Virus record (IMG/VR): IMGVR_UViG_2802429244_000008
Coordinates: 1-8,048 of that record
Length of the DNA: 8,048 nt
Reading direction: 5' to 3' (one strand)
From: a virus
Lineage: Duplodnaviria; Heunggongvirae; Uroviricota; Caudoviricetes
In this document: positions 1-7,272 of the stretch, in pieces
Layout of the letters: each line of letters opens with the position of its first letter
Position numbering within the stretch: the first letter of the stretch is position 1
Notes under the pieces: model-generated
Databases searched by the model: none
The model's input: the letters and a program-made list of their open reading frames with translations, nothing else
What the model was told of the DNA's origin: nothing
Made by a program: the position numbers and the translations under genes

Positions 1-33
1 GTCAGTGCATAACACAATCTCGCCTTACTACTA

Positions 34-108
<75 letters not shown>

Positions 109-111
109 ATA

Positions 112-187
<76 letters not shown>

Positions 188-249
188 ACTGGTTCCTCAA
201 GAGAAATAAAAATGACCGCGCTTTACATCCCCTTCGGAACCGAAGACGG

Positions 250-277
250 ATATTAATAATGCCGGTTCTTTTTTCAA
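250..277 (-). promoter_or_regulatory. Candidate sigma70 promoter for the tRNA pair
   Basis: On the minus strand: TTGAAA (272-277), 16-bp spacer, TAATAT (250-255), about 55 nt upstream of the tRNA-Thr 5-prime end. Sequence match only. Confidence 0.3.
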
Positions 278-385
278 TAGAAAACCATGTCAATATTCGT
301 AAATATACGTATGTGTTTTTGTTATTTCTGAATTTTAGAAAAAAACAACATGCGCATTTAACGTACTGCACCACTTTTCGGACAC

Positions 386-411
386 AAAAAAACCCGCCTG
401 GCGACGGGTTT
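386..411 (-). terminator. Rho-independent terminator ending the restriction-modification operon
   Basis: Minus strand reads AAACCCG-tcgccagg-CGGGTTT followed by a T run (complement of A7 at 386-392). It lies about 130 nt downstream of the S-subunit stop codon and upstream of the tRNA promoter candidate. Confidence 0.6.
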
Positions 412-541
412 AAGCTGTGTGGCGAAGTGACCACTCTTAACAGAGTATCCAGATTTTTACGATTGTAAACTGCTTTTCATGCATCGTAACGCGATAATCT
501 GACCGCTCTCCCCTGCCTGGCAAGGAAGTATGATGTTTCTG

Positions 542-1609
542 CTAATCGATTTTTTCAGATGTAACATGCCTGTACGCTGCCAGTTTTTTATCAGCGTACT
601 GGACGACATCTTTGATGACGAGTTTCTGCATGACTGAAATAAGGTTATGCATATAACAAAAGTCGGGTAACTTGTTTTTTACTGGCAACCAGATAACATC
701 ATTTTTGATTTTTTTATTGCTAACACTATTACCCCAAGAGTATTTATGTGAAATAGATTTATAAATACATGTAATTAGCCCCAAATGAGTAAACATTGTT
801 CTACCATCTTCGTTATTAACATAAAGTCGTAAATTATGACTGTCGTTTGAAAAAAAGTCTCTTTCCTGATAAGTTACAACGAATGTCTTACCACCAATAA
901 AAATACAGTTCCCTTTCTCCAAGAGAGAAGAATCATAGGATATATAAGTACTGACAGAGTTATTCTCACGACTGGCACAAAGATAAGGAATATCTCCGCT
1001 GTTTTCTGTGATATCTCTGGACAATATGTTTCTCGTATTGCACACAGAGAATAATTCAGTAACAGGGAAACCTGAAAATTCAACATCCTTAAAGCGCTCC
1101 AGAATAAGATGATCTTTTTCCGTGAGTTGGTAATCGCTCAGTCCGGCAGCAACCAGGTATGTTTCCAGCTCTTCTATGTGGGTCGCTTCCAGCTCTTCTA
1201 TGTACTTTACCATATAATTATATGCAGGAACATTATTAAACGTAGGTATATTTATCTTTACCTTATTGAGAACATTCTCATTAAAAGAGCTACATCCCCA
1301 ACTAAACGTTGAAAAAGATTTTTTCATCGCTGATATAAGAAAAACAGCAATTCGCGAATTTAACTCTCCATGTCTGAGAGAAAAAATCTTTATTTTATCA
1401 CCTGTAAAATATGCGCTTTCCTGATAGAACATGGTCGCAGTATCCTGCCCAAAGCTAATTGTATTACCAGGGTTGAGATATGTTTTATCTTCATCTATAT
1501 ATCCTTTTATGCCGTTATTGTTACTTCCTCTCGCAACATAAGGATAGTTGCCATTAAATGTTAATTTATTGGCATTAAATTTCTTTTTAGGTGTCTGAAT
1601 ACTGAACAA
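542..1609 (-). CDS. Restriction-modification specificity subunit (HsdS/BcgIB-like, two target-recognition domains), 355 aa
   Basis: Size and layout fit an S subunit: two AT-rich variable halves separated by a central helical segment (YIEELEATHIEELETYL), with a more GC-rich conserved C-terminal tail. It sits directly downstream of the nuclease-methyltransferase gene. The start is TTG at 1609 with a weak, poorly spaced SD; there is no in-frame ATG nearby. Stop is TAG at 542-544. Confidence 0.65.
   Translation of the reverse strand: MFSIQTPKKKFNANKLTFNGNYPYVARGSNNNGIKGYIDEDKTYLNPGNTISFGQDTATMFYQESAYFTGDKIKIFSLRHGELNSRIAVFLISAMKKSFSTFSWGCSSFNENVLNKVKINIPTFNNVPAYNYMVKYIEELEATHIEELETYLVAAGLSDYQLTEKDHLILERFKDVEFSGFPVTELFSVCNTRNILSRDITENSGDIPYLCASRENNSVSTYISYDSSLLEKGNCIFIGGKTFVVTYQERDFFSNDSHNLRLYVNNEDGRTMFTHLGLITCIYKSISHKYSWGNSVSNKKIKNDVIWLPVKNKLPDFCYMHNLISVMQKLVIKDVVQYADKKLAAYRHVTSEKID
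1163..1203 (-). repeat. Imperfect 24-bp tandem duplication in the central spacer of the S subunit
   Basis: ttccagctcttctatgt occurs at 1163-1179 and again at 1187-1203 (17/17 identical, 24-bp period). It encodes IEELEATH / IEELETYL between the two target-recognition domains. Confidence 0.85.
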
Positions 1610-1683
1610 TCTTCCGATTGTATATTCTTCCCATTTACCACCAGATTTAATAAACTCCCGCTCAAGCTCTGCAAGACGGGAGT

Positions 1684-3816
1684 TTACCGCTTTTTTTCTG
1701 ACGCATCACGCCCCTGAAGAAGTTTTGACACTTCCCACGCAAGATAGTCCGCAACGGTCTTTTTAAAATCCTCCAGCGTCGGTCGGGTATCCACGGGCTT
1801 TGTCTGATTCCAGTCGTCCCCCCGGAGTGGATCTATCACATCCTCAAAATATTCATCTTCCGTAAATATACTGAGGCGGCTTCTGCCAAAATGCACCAAA
1901 TCAACAACTTCCTGATAGCGTTCTCTTGCACGATCCACATCCACAAGGTTATTTCGTGCCTTTTTCCGGTTCGTGCGGACATAACCATCATTCGAAAAGT
2001 CGATAAACTTCACCGGATGTTTTGAATTGTGCGGCAGTTTCACCTGGAATACATAAACATATGTCTGGACACTTGATTTACCAATAAACAAATCAGCAGG
2101 CATTTTTATACTGGCCAGTAGCGTATTCTCCTGAAGTATTTTCTGGTTGTATTCCTTCGCCTTACCTGAACCTGCGGACCCCTGAATAATCACCGCGGCA
2201 TACCCCCCTTTCATCATTGAAAGAGCCTTCTGCACGAAGATCATACCATTACCTTTCGCTGAATATGGCGGGTTCAGCACGAATGCAGTAGCCGGAAATT
2301 TCTCTCCCGATTTACCAAAACCATATCTGCCGTCAAAATCGGCCAGTGAGTCTTTGTTCAGGATGTTGGCGCTGCCATCGCCCATCAGGATCATGTTAAG
2401 AATCGCCAGCATGTAAATACTGGATAACACCTCAAGGCCAAGTAGCTGTTCAGCCTTAATTTGCGCCTCTTTCAGTCTGAGCTCATCCGGTGAGTTAATG
2501 TTCTCTCTGGCATCAATAAGCATCTCATTCATTGCAGCCACCAGCAACCCGGCAGAGCCCGTGGCAAAATCCCACACATACGAATCCCGGTTAACTCTGG
2601 CGAGTCTGGCCAGCAATGTAGCCACATAAGGTGGTGTCAGAACAACATCGTTCAGCTTATCCTGAGTAAACCCTAACCAGCGGTACATCTCATTAAACAG
2701 CTTTCCGGTAAAATCGGTCGTCAGTCCGATTTTGTAGTATTCCTCCAGGTCATCAACAACTTTAATAAATACCCGTTTTAACTGACTTTCACCATCGACA
2801 GGTTTATTAATATTTTCAGTCCACAGCGTATTCTGCAGAGTACGAAGGATCATATCCTTTTTGGTTTCCGGGACACCCTTTATCGTAAGAAAATTCTTAA
2901 CTTTTCTGAAAATAATATCGCCATCACGTTCCCCTTCTTCCGTTGAAGATACAAGCTCGCTTTTATCCAATGGGGTAAGTTTTCCGGGAATACCCAGAGT
3001 GGCAATAACCGTGGCTACAACAAGATAAACCCGATCACTTTCGCCAAGCCCCTTTTCATCCTGATAAATATCGTTGTTCAGACGGGAAAGTCGAGTGTCT
3101 ATCTCTTCCTCTTTGCTGGCCTTAATTTTTTCCAGTTCCTCAGGCGGCAGATTAAGGTGCTTTATCTTGTCGATAAATCCGTCAACATTTTTATCCGCAA
3201 GGAACGACAGATCAGTGTATTCACCAACCTTTTGTCCGGCCCCTAAATTATTCTTTGATACATGCCACACGCCAATTTCATGATGAAGTTCTCCTGTATC
3301 ATCATCGCACCAGCCTGTCATACCGATCGCTATAATATCTGAGTAGTTGGTAAACTGGAGAAGTGCGTTGGCATAATGGACTGCGCCATTAACCGCATAT
3401 CCATTAATGTTTTTAAAGTTCCATTCTTTTCTGGAATCTTTATTCTCGATGATACCGTTACTACCAAGCCGGATAAGCCTGTCCTTATAGCCTTTGTATT
3501 CGATAAGAACAGGGTACTGCCTGCCGTATTTGTCCTGAATAAGGAGTTTTACATCGGGACGGTTACCACCTGCGCCGCCATTTTTCGAAAAATAGGCGTC
3601 CAGGGCGTTATCTATCTCGCTGTTAAGTGGTGCCTGCTCCAGCCTGTAATCAAGCCCGTAAGATTTAAGCCATGAGTTCGCGAGGTCGGAAATTTGCGGC
3701 TCAACCGATTTTACCGTCTTTCTGGATTTACTGGTCGCTGGTCGCTGGTCGCTGGTCGCTGGTCGCTGGTCGCTGGTCGCTGGTCGCTGGTCGCTGGTCT
3801 GGCAGCATAGGATCAT
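1684..3816 (-). CDS. Bifunctional restriction endonuclease / N6-adenine DNA methyltransferase (BcgIA-like Type IIB/IIG enzyme), 710 aa
   Basis: C-terminal half carries gamma-class amino-methyltransferase motifs: VLTPPYVATLL, motif I DFATGSAG, motif IV NPPY. N-terminal region has a PD-(D/E)xK-like signature (RPD...VLIEYK). Residues 6-28 are the translated heptanucleotide repeat (TSDQRPA x3). An alternative ATG at 3806-3808 has the better SD (AAGGA, 7-nt spacing) but is out of frame at the present repeat number. Stop is TAA at 1684-1686. Confidence 0.8.
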   Translation of the reverse strand: MILCCQTSDQRPATSDQRPATSDQRPATSKSRKTVKSVEPQISDLANSWLKSYGLDYRLEQAPLNSEIDNALDAYFSKNGGAGGNRPDVKLLIQDKYGRQYPVLIEYKGYKDRLIRLGSNGIIENKDSRKEWNFKNINGYAVNGAVHYANALLQFTNYSDIIAIGMTGWCDDDTGELHHEIGVWHVSKNNLGAGQKVGEYTDLSFLADKNVDGFIDKIKHLNLPPEELEKIKASKEEEIDTRLSRLNNDIYQDEKGLGESDRVYLVVATVIATLGIPGKLTPLDKSELVSSTEEGERDGDIIFRKVKNFLTIKGVPETKKDMILRTLQNTLWTENINKPVDGESQLKRVFIKVVDDLEEYYKIGLTTDFTGKLFNEMYRWLGFTQDKLNDVVLTPPYVATLLARLARVNRDSYVWDFATGSAGLLVAAMNEMLIDARENINSPDELRLKEAQIKAEQLLGLEVLSSIYMLAILNMILMGDGSANILNKDSLADFDGRYGFGKSGEKFPATAFVLNPPYSAKGNGMIFVQKALSMMKGGYAAVIIQGSAGSGKAKEYNQKILQENTLLASIKMPADLFIGKSSVQTYVYVFQVKLPHNSKHPVKFIDFSNDGYVRTNRKKARNNLVDVDRARERYQEVVDLVHFGRSRLSIFTEDEYFEDVIDPLRGDDWNQTKPVDTRPTLEDFKKTVADYLAWEVSKLLQGRDASEKKR
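3731..3799 (-). repeat. Heptanucleotide simple-sequence repeat, 9 perfect copies (TGGTCGC on + strand, GCGACCA on coding strand) plus partial flanking units
   Basis: Perfect units start at 3732, 3739, 3746, 3753, 3760, 3767, 3774, 3781 and 3788 (63 bp), followed by the partial unit tggtc. The tract lies inside the 5-prime coding region of the nuclease-methyltransferase gene. Unit length is not a multiple of 3. Confidence 0.95.
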
Positions 3817-3836
3817 CCTTTTTCGAAAATCAATGC

Positions 3837-3845
3837 TTTTTTTTT
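3837..3845. repeat. Homopolymeric T9/A9 tract in the promoter region of the restriction-modification gene
   Basis: Nine consecutive T on the + strand (A9 on the coding strand), about 30-40 nt upstream of the candidate start codons. Confidence 0.9.
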
Positions 3846-3971
3846 GGAAAGTACTTAAAAATTATCGTGCTGGCTGAATCAATAACCAGCAAAGGGTATT
3901 AAGTGTGGGTGCGTTGAGGATGCCTGACACATCAGAGATGGCGGGAGATTACTTCCCCCGCCTGGTCACTC

Positions 3972-4127
3972 TTACTCTCCAGATTCGTAGTCTACGAAAA
4001 CAGCGACCTCCGTCTGGCCGGTTCGGATTCGTACCTCGCAGAGGTCTTTCCTCGTTACCAGTGCCGTCACTATGACGGTTAAACAGATGACGATCAGGGC
4101 GATTAACATCGCCTTTTGCTGCTTCAT
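3972..4127 (-). CDS. hok: Hok/Gef-family type I toxin (51 aa small membrane peptide)
   Basis: Translation MKQQKAMLIALIVICLTVIVTALVTRKDLCEVRIRTGQTEVAVFVDYESGE is, from memory, near-identical to E. coli HokD/RelF and Gef: a single transmembrane helix followed by the conserved RKDLCEV...TEVAVF..YES tail. Confidence 0.85.
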   Translation of the reverse strand: MKQQKAMLIALIVICLTVIVTALVTRKDLCEVRIRTGQTEVAVFVDYESGE

Positions 4128-4184
4128 AGCCTGCTTCTCCTTGCCTTTCGGCACGTAAGAGGCTAACCTGATGTTGTCATGCAT
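3972..4184 (-). CDS. mok: mok-like reading frame, an in-frame N-terminal extension of hok (70 aa)
   Basis: ATG at 4182-4184 is preceded by GAGG with about 6-nt spacing. It extends the hok frame by 19 codons, as recalled for mokC/hokC. Confidence 0.55.
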   Translation of the reverse strand: MHDNIRLASYVPKGKEKQAMKQQKAMLIALIVICLTVIVTALVTRKDLCEVRIRTGQTEVAVFVDYESGE

Positions 4185-4245
4185 AGGGAGCCTCAGATTA
4201 ATGTTAAGCGTCTTGCCGGACGCATAATGTTAACTGGGGCTTTTC
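4176..4245 (+). ncRNA. sok: Candidate Sok-like antisense RNA; boundaries approximate
   Basis: On the + strand, TTGCCT (4141-4146), 17-bp spacer, TAACCT (4164-4169) would start a transcript near 4176 that is antisense to the mok start codon and SD. A GC hairpin GCGTC-ttgccg-GACGC lies at 4218-4233. No clean terminator was identified. Confidence 0.3.
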
Positions 4246-4301
4246 TCTATCTGCCTTTTGGTGTTCATGCCTGAGACAGATAGCCTCAAGCACCCGCAAC
4301 A

Positions 4302-4329
4302 ATTCTACAAAAAATCATCTCAATTTCAA
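4302..4329 (-). promoter_or_regulatory. Candidate sigma70 promoter just downstream of Q (hok mRNA promoter and/or a pR-prime-like late promoter)
   Basis: On the minus strand: TTGAAA (4324-4329), 16-bp spacer, TAGAAT (4302-4307). It begins 3 nt after the Q stop codon. Confidence 0.35.
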
Positions 4330-4331
4330 TT

Positions 4332-4742
4332 TTACTGTATTTCTGCAACCGGCCTTCCAGATGAGCCGCGCCCAACATATCTGTCCATTTCCAGTCTGAT
4401 ATCAAGCATCATCAACATCCCATCAACTATCCCTTCAGCCTTTTGCAACAAACGACCAACCCAGCAATCCGAACGACCATGCTTTCGTGCCAGTGCCATG
4501 AACGTCATTCCTCTTACGTAATAATCCACCAGCAAATCATGCAAATCACTGTTATTCTTTTTCAGGCGAGCCATGCATCCACAAATGATCATCGCATCAT
4601 CATCACAACATTGCGGACGTGATTTAACCTTCGAAGGAATAAGCCCCTTGAATCCAGCAGCAATGGATGACCATGTAACATCCTCGTGGTTATTTGCCAC
4701 CCACGCCCCCCAACGCTCAAGAACCATCTGAATATCACGCAT
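4332..4742 (-). CDS. Lambdoid late-gene antiterminator Q (QuuD-like family), 136 aa
   Basis: N-terminal sequence [73 protein letters not shown] matches my recollection of E. coli cryptic-prophage Q homologues. It sits between the replication genes and the cargo region, the canonical Q position. Its ATG overlaps the stop of the upstream ORF (TGATG). Confidence 0.8.
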   Translation of the reverse strand: MRDIQMVLERWGAWVANNHEDVTWSSIAAGFKGLIPSKVKSRPQCCDDDAMIICGCMARLKKNNSDLHDLLVDYYVRGMTFMALARKHGRSDCWVGRLLQKAEGIVDGMLMMLDIRLEMDRYVGRGSSGRPVAEIQ

Positions 4743-4999
4743 CAGCGCAGTACCTCCTGCACCAGTTTTTCAAACTTACCAACTTTGGTTTCCAGCTCTG
4801 CCACACAATCCACCAGCTCATCCACTGCTTTTTGTGCACGATGTTTCGCCTGCATCAGTTCCCTGAGCGCTGGCACCATATCCCGACGAATGGCATCTTT
4901 TGTTACACCTGTTTTTTCCAGTTGTTCCGCCTGTCGCAACATTTCCTGTGCCTGTTTACGTAGTTGTTCAGGGGTAAAAGTCATTGTCTGGTTGTTCAA
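4742..4999 (-). CDS. Hypothetical small helical protein (85 aa), translationally coupled to the helicase
   Basis: TTG at 4997-4999 overlaps the helicase stop (TTGA) and is preceded by GGAG with 8-nt spacing. An ATG at 4982-4984 lacks an SD. Predicted product is charged and largely alpha-helical, with no family recognised. Confidence 0.45.
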   Translation of the reverse strand: MNNQTMTFTPEQLRKQAQEMLRQAEQLEKTGVTKDAIRRDMVPALRELMQAKHRAQKAVDELVDCVAELETKVGKFEKLVQEVLR

Positions 5000-6387
5000 A
5001 AGAAACGCTCCATCTTACTGCTGTCAGTTCTTTTATTGCTGTATCTGCGCGGCTGGGGCTGCTGCATTGGGGTGGAAAGAATCTGTGCGCTTTCCTGATC
5101 CACAGGCAGAAAATGTCCGTTATAAAAACGCCGGTAAATCGTTCCCAGAGAACCGTTACGTTGTTTCGTGATATTGATTTCTGCGATGCCCCTAGCCTGC
5201 GTATCCGGGTTGTACACTTCATCCCTGTAAAGCATTAGAATGATGTCTGCATCCGCCTCTATTTCTCCGGAATTTTTCAGGTCTGAGTTCATGGGACGTT
5301 TATTGGGTCTGGACTCCACACCGCGGGAGAGCTGGCTCAGCGCAATCAACGGAAAACCACCGGATTTTGCCAGGCCTTTAAGCCCCTTTGAGATTTCACC
5401 CACGGCAAGGTCATGACGCCCCGTGGTTCGGGTTTTTATCAGCCCGAGATAATCAACCACCACCAGCGCCGTTTCCGGATATTTAATCAGGTGGTGTTTC
5501 GTTGTTGCGCATATCTCATCAATGGTCAGGTTCGCCTGGTCCACCATCCAGATATTGCGACCGGTCATCCGTCCCACCCCTTGTGAGAAACGCGCCCAGT
5601 CTTCGTCTTCAAAGTGAGCGACAGATTTCAGACGTGATACCGGCATTCCTCCAGCCGCAGATACCATGCGCTCACCAATCTGGATGTTCGCCATTTCCAT
5701 TGTGAACAGAAGAACACCATGCCCCTGCTCAGTCACCTTGTCGATGATATCCAGCGCCAGTTCGGTTTTGCCCATTGACGGACGAGCCGCAATAAATACC
5801 AGGTCGCCAGGCTCCATGCCGCCTGTTTTTGCGTCCAGTTCATCAATGCCGGTCATCAGTGTCCTGGATTTCTCCAGTCCCTGATTCCGGCATTCAACAC
5901 GCTCAACCACTTCCGGAAGCACATCATCAATATGTACCGGCTGAATAACGCCCTTTTCCGTCGACAATGAGGCCATCATGTTCTGTGCATCCTTCAGGGC
6001 ATCTTCAGCTGCTTCACAGGTATGCGCATCACGTAATTTCTGCAGCGCCTCATTCAGTGTTTTTTCTGCATCACGCAATGCGGCATTGCGCCGCAGCGCT
6101 GCAACATAGTGCTCCAGTGACGACTTCACCCAGGTTTTGCGCCCGGTATCAGTAATCACCGGGGCAAGTTCCGGCATCTCATTGCACAGCAGCACAGGAT
6201 CAATCACACCTGAAACACGGGCCTGTCTGCAGATGCCTGTGTAGATATCCCGATACGCTCGTACAGAAAAAACGTCCGCCGGTAGTGTGGCCAGAATATC
6301 CATCACTTCATGATCTGCCCCTCGCAGAAAAAACGCGCCAATGACAGCGCCTTCCAGGTCATCGTTACGCCAGACAGGAGAAGTCAT
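4996..6387 (-). CDS. DnaB-family replicative DNA helicase (phage type), 463 aa
   Basis: Walker A in the DnaB context AARPSMGKTELALD, a DnaB-like N-terminal domain and a RecA-like C-terminal domain. Its start ATG overlaps the loader stop (ATGA at 6384-6387). Confidence 0.9.
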   Translation of the reverse strand: MTSPVWRNDDLEGAVIGAFFLRGADHEVMDILATLPADVFSVRAYRDIYTGICRQARVSGVIDPVLLCNEMPELAPVITDTGRKTWVKSSLEHYVAALRRNAALRDAEKTLNEALQKLRDAHTCEAAEDALKDAQNMMASLSTEKGVIQPVHIDDVLPEVVERVECRNQGLEKSRTLMTGIDELDAKTGGMEPGDLVFIAARPSMGKTELALDIIDKVTEQGHGVLLFTMEMANIQIGERMVSAAGGMPVSRLKSVAHFEDEDWARFSQGVGRMTGRNIWMVDQANLTIDEICATTKHHLIKYPETALVVVDYLGLIKTRTTGRHDLAVGEISKGLKGLAKSGGFPLIALSQLSRGVESRPNKRPMNSDLKNSGEIEADADIILMLYRDEVYNPDTQARGIAEINITKQRNGSLGTIYRRFYNGHFLPVDQESAQILSTPMQQPQPRRYSNKRTDSSKMERFF

Positions 6388-7262
6388 GCTGCCACACCTC
6401 TGATACGAGAACGATAGCTGGGCCAGTTAAACGACAACCAGTTGCGTCCCCCGTCTGTGATCCTGTCGGCAATGCGGGGGCTGATGAATGCCCACAACTC
6501 TTCCGGTGAAAGGTTGCTGATCAGGATGGTGGGCAGGATGCTTTCGTACCGGGCATTGATAATTTCCTGCAAAATAGCCATTTCAGCCGCGCTGCCAAAC
6601 TGAACGCCGACTTCGTCGATGATCAGCAAATCCATTGACGCATAATGCTCAATAACTTCATCCGCTGTTTTTTCGCTGTCATTTCGCCAGCAGTTTTTCA
6701 CAGCACGGGTAAGGCGCATCACATCAGTAATCTCCACACTAGCCAGATGGTTACGGATGATGTGTTTTGCCATAGCCACAGCCAGATGATTTTTTCCGGT
6801 ACCACAACTGCCTGTCAGAACAAGACTGGTACCGTTAGCCAGAACATCCTCCCAGCTCTCCGCATAGCGGCGGCAGGCAGCAAGATTTCTGGCTGCATCA
6901 GAGTTAATCTCCTGATAGTTTTCAAACTCACAGTCGCGAAACCTACAGGCAACACCAGCATTCTCAATCAGCACATCAGCTTTCATTGCAACCAGAGTCC
7001 GATGTGTCACATCCATTTCATCCACCAGACACTCCGGACAGCGGGAAATTTTTGAGACAGCGCCCCCCTGCCGATCATCCCACACCAGTATATGCGTACG
7101 ATATTTACCGTGTTTTTCGCAGCATCCAACCCCTTCAGATTCCCGACAGGCACGGTAAGGCCATGGCTTTTCGCCATTCTGAGCAAATGCAATCTCTGCC
7201 CGTAACTCATCCATTCGCGCCTGTAGTCTTGTTTGTTTCTCACGTTGGTCAATCGTCATCAT
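6384..7262 (-). CDS. DnaC/IstB-like AAA+ helicase loader, about 292 aa
   Basis: Walker A LTGSCGTGKNHLA and Walker B LLIIDEVG. Preferred start is ATG at 7260-7262, preceded by GAGGTGA with 5-nt spacing; the ORF track's GTG at 7271 is the alternative. Confidence 0.85.
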   Translation of the reverse strand: MMTIDQREKQTRLQARMDELRAEIAFAQNGEKPWPYRACRESEGVGCCEKHGKYRTHILVWDDRQGGAVSKISRCPECLVDEMDVTHRTLVAMKADVLIENAGVACRFRDCEFENYQEINSDAARNLAACRRYAESWEDVLANGTSLVLTGSCGTGKNHLAVAMAKHIIRNHLASVEITDVMRLTRAVKNCWRNDSEKTADEVIEHYASMDLLIIDEVGVQFGSAAEMAILQEIINARYESILPTILISNLSPEELWAFISPRIADRITDGGRNWLSFNWPSYRSRIRGVAA

Positions 7263-7272
7263 CGCTGTCACC

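Noticed and set aside
229-246. Short palindrome CTTCGG-aa-CCGAAG in the tRNA leader
   Set aside because: Too short, with a sterically impossible 2-nt loop unless the stem is shortened. No function can be supported.
874-1564. Small ORFs 874..1086 (minus), 1109..1312 (plus) and 1370..1564 (plus)
   Set aside because: They are nested inside the S-subunit gene in other frames or on the opposite strand, in AT-rich sequence where chance ORFs are common.
3074-3675. Plus-strand ORFs 3074..3283 and 3376..3675
   Set aside because: Antisense to the methyltransferase/nuclease gene with no supporting features.
3731-3799. Possible CRISPR array
   Set aside because: The units are 7 bp and perfectly tandem with no spacers, so this is a simple-sequence repeat, not a CRISPR repeat-spacer array.
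3672-3902. Plus-strand 76-aa ORF containing LVAGRWS repeats
   Set aside because: It is the antisense translation of the heptanucleotide repeat and the restriction-modification start region, with no start context. An artefact of the repeat.
3939-3961. GC-rich hairpin (GGCGGG...CCCGCC) downstream of hok as an intrinsic terminator
   Set aside because: No U-tract follows on the minus strand. It may be a hok mRNA 3-prime structure or a Rho-dependent site, so it is not called as a terminator.
4686-5171. Plus-strand 161-aa ORF, and other plus-strand ORFs between 4258 and 7717
   Set aside because: All lie antisense within well-supported minus-strand genes (Q, helicase, loader, initiator), are Cys/Ser/Pro-rich and low complexity, and lack recognisable motifs or SD sequences.
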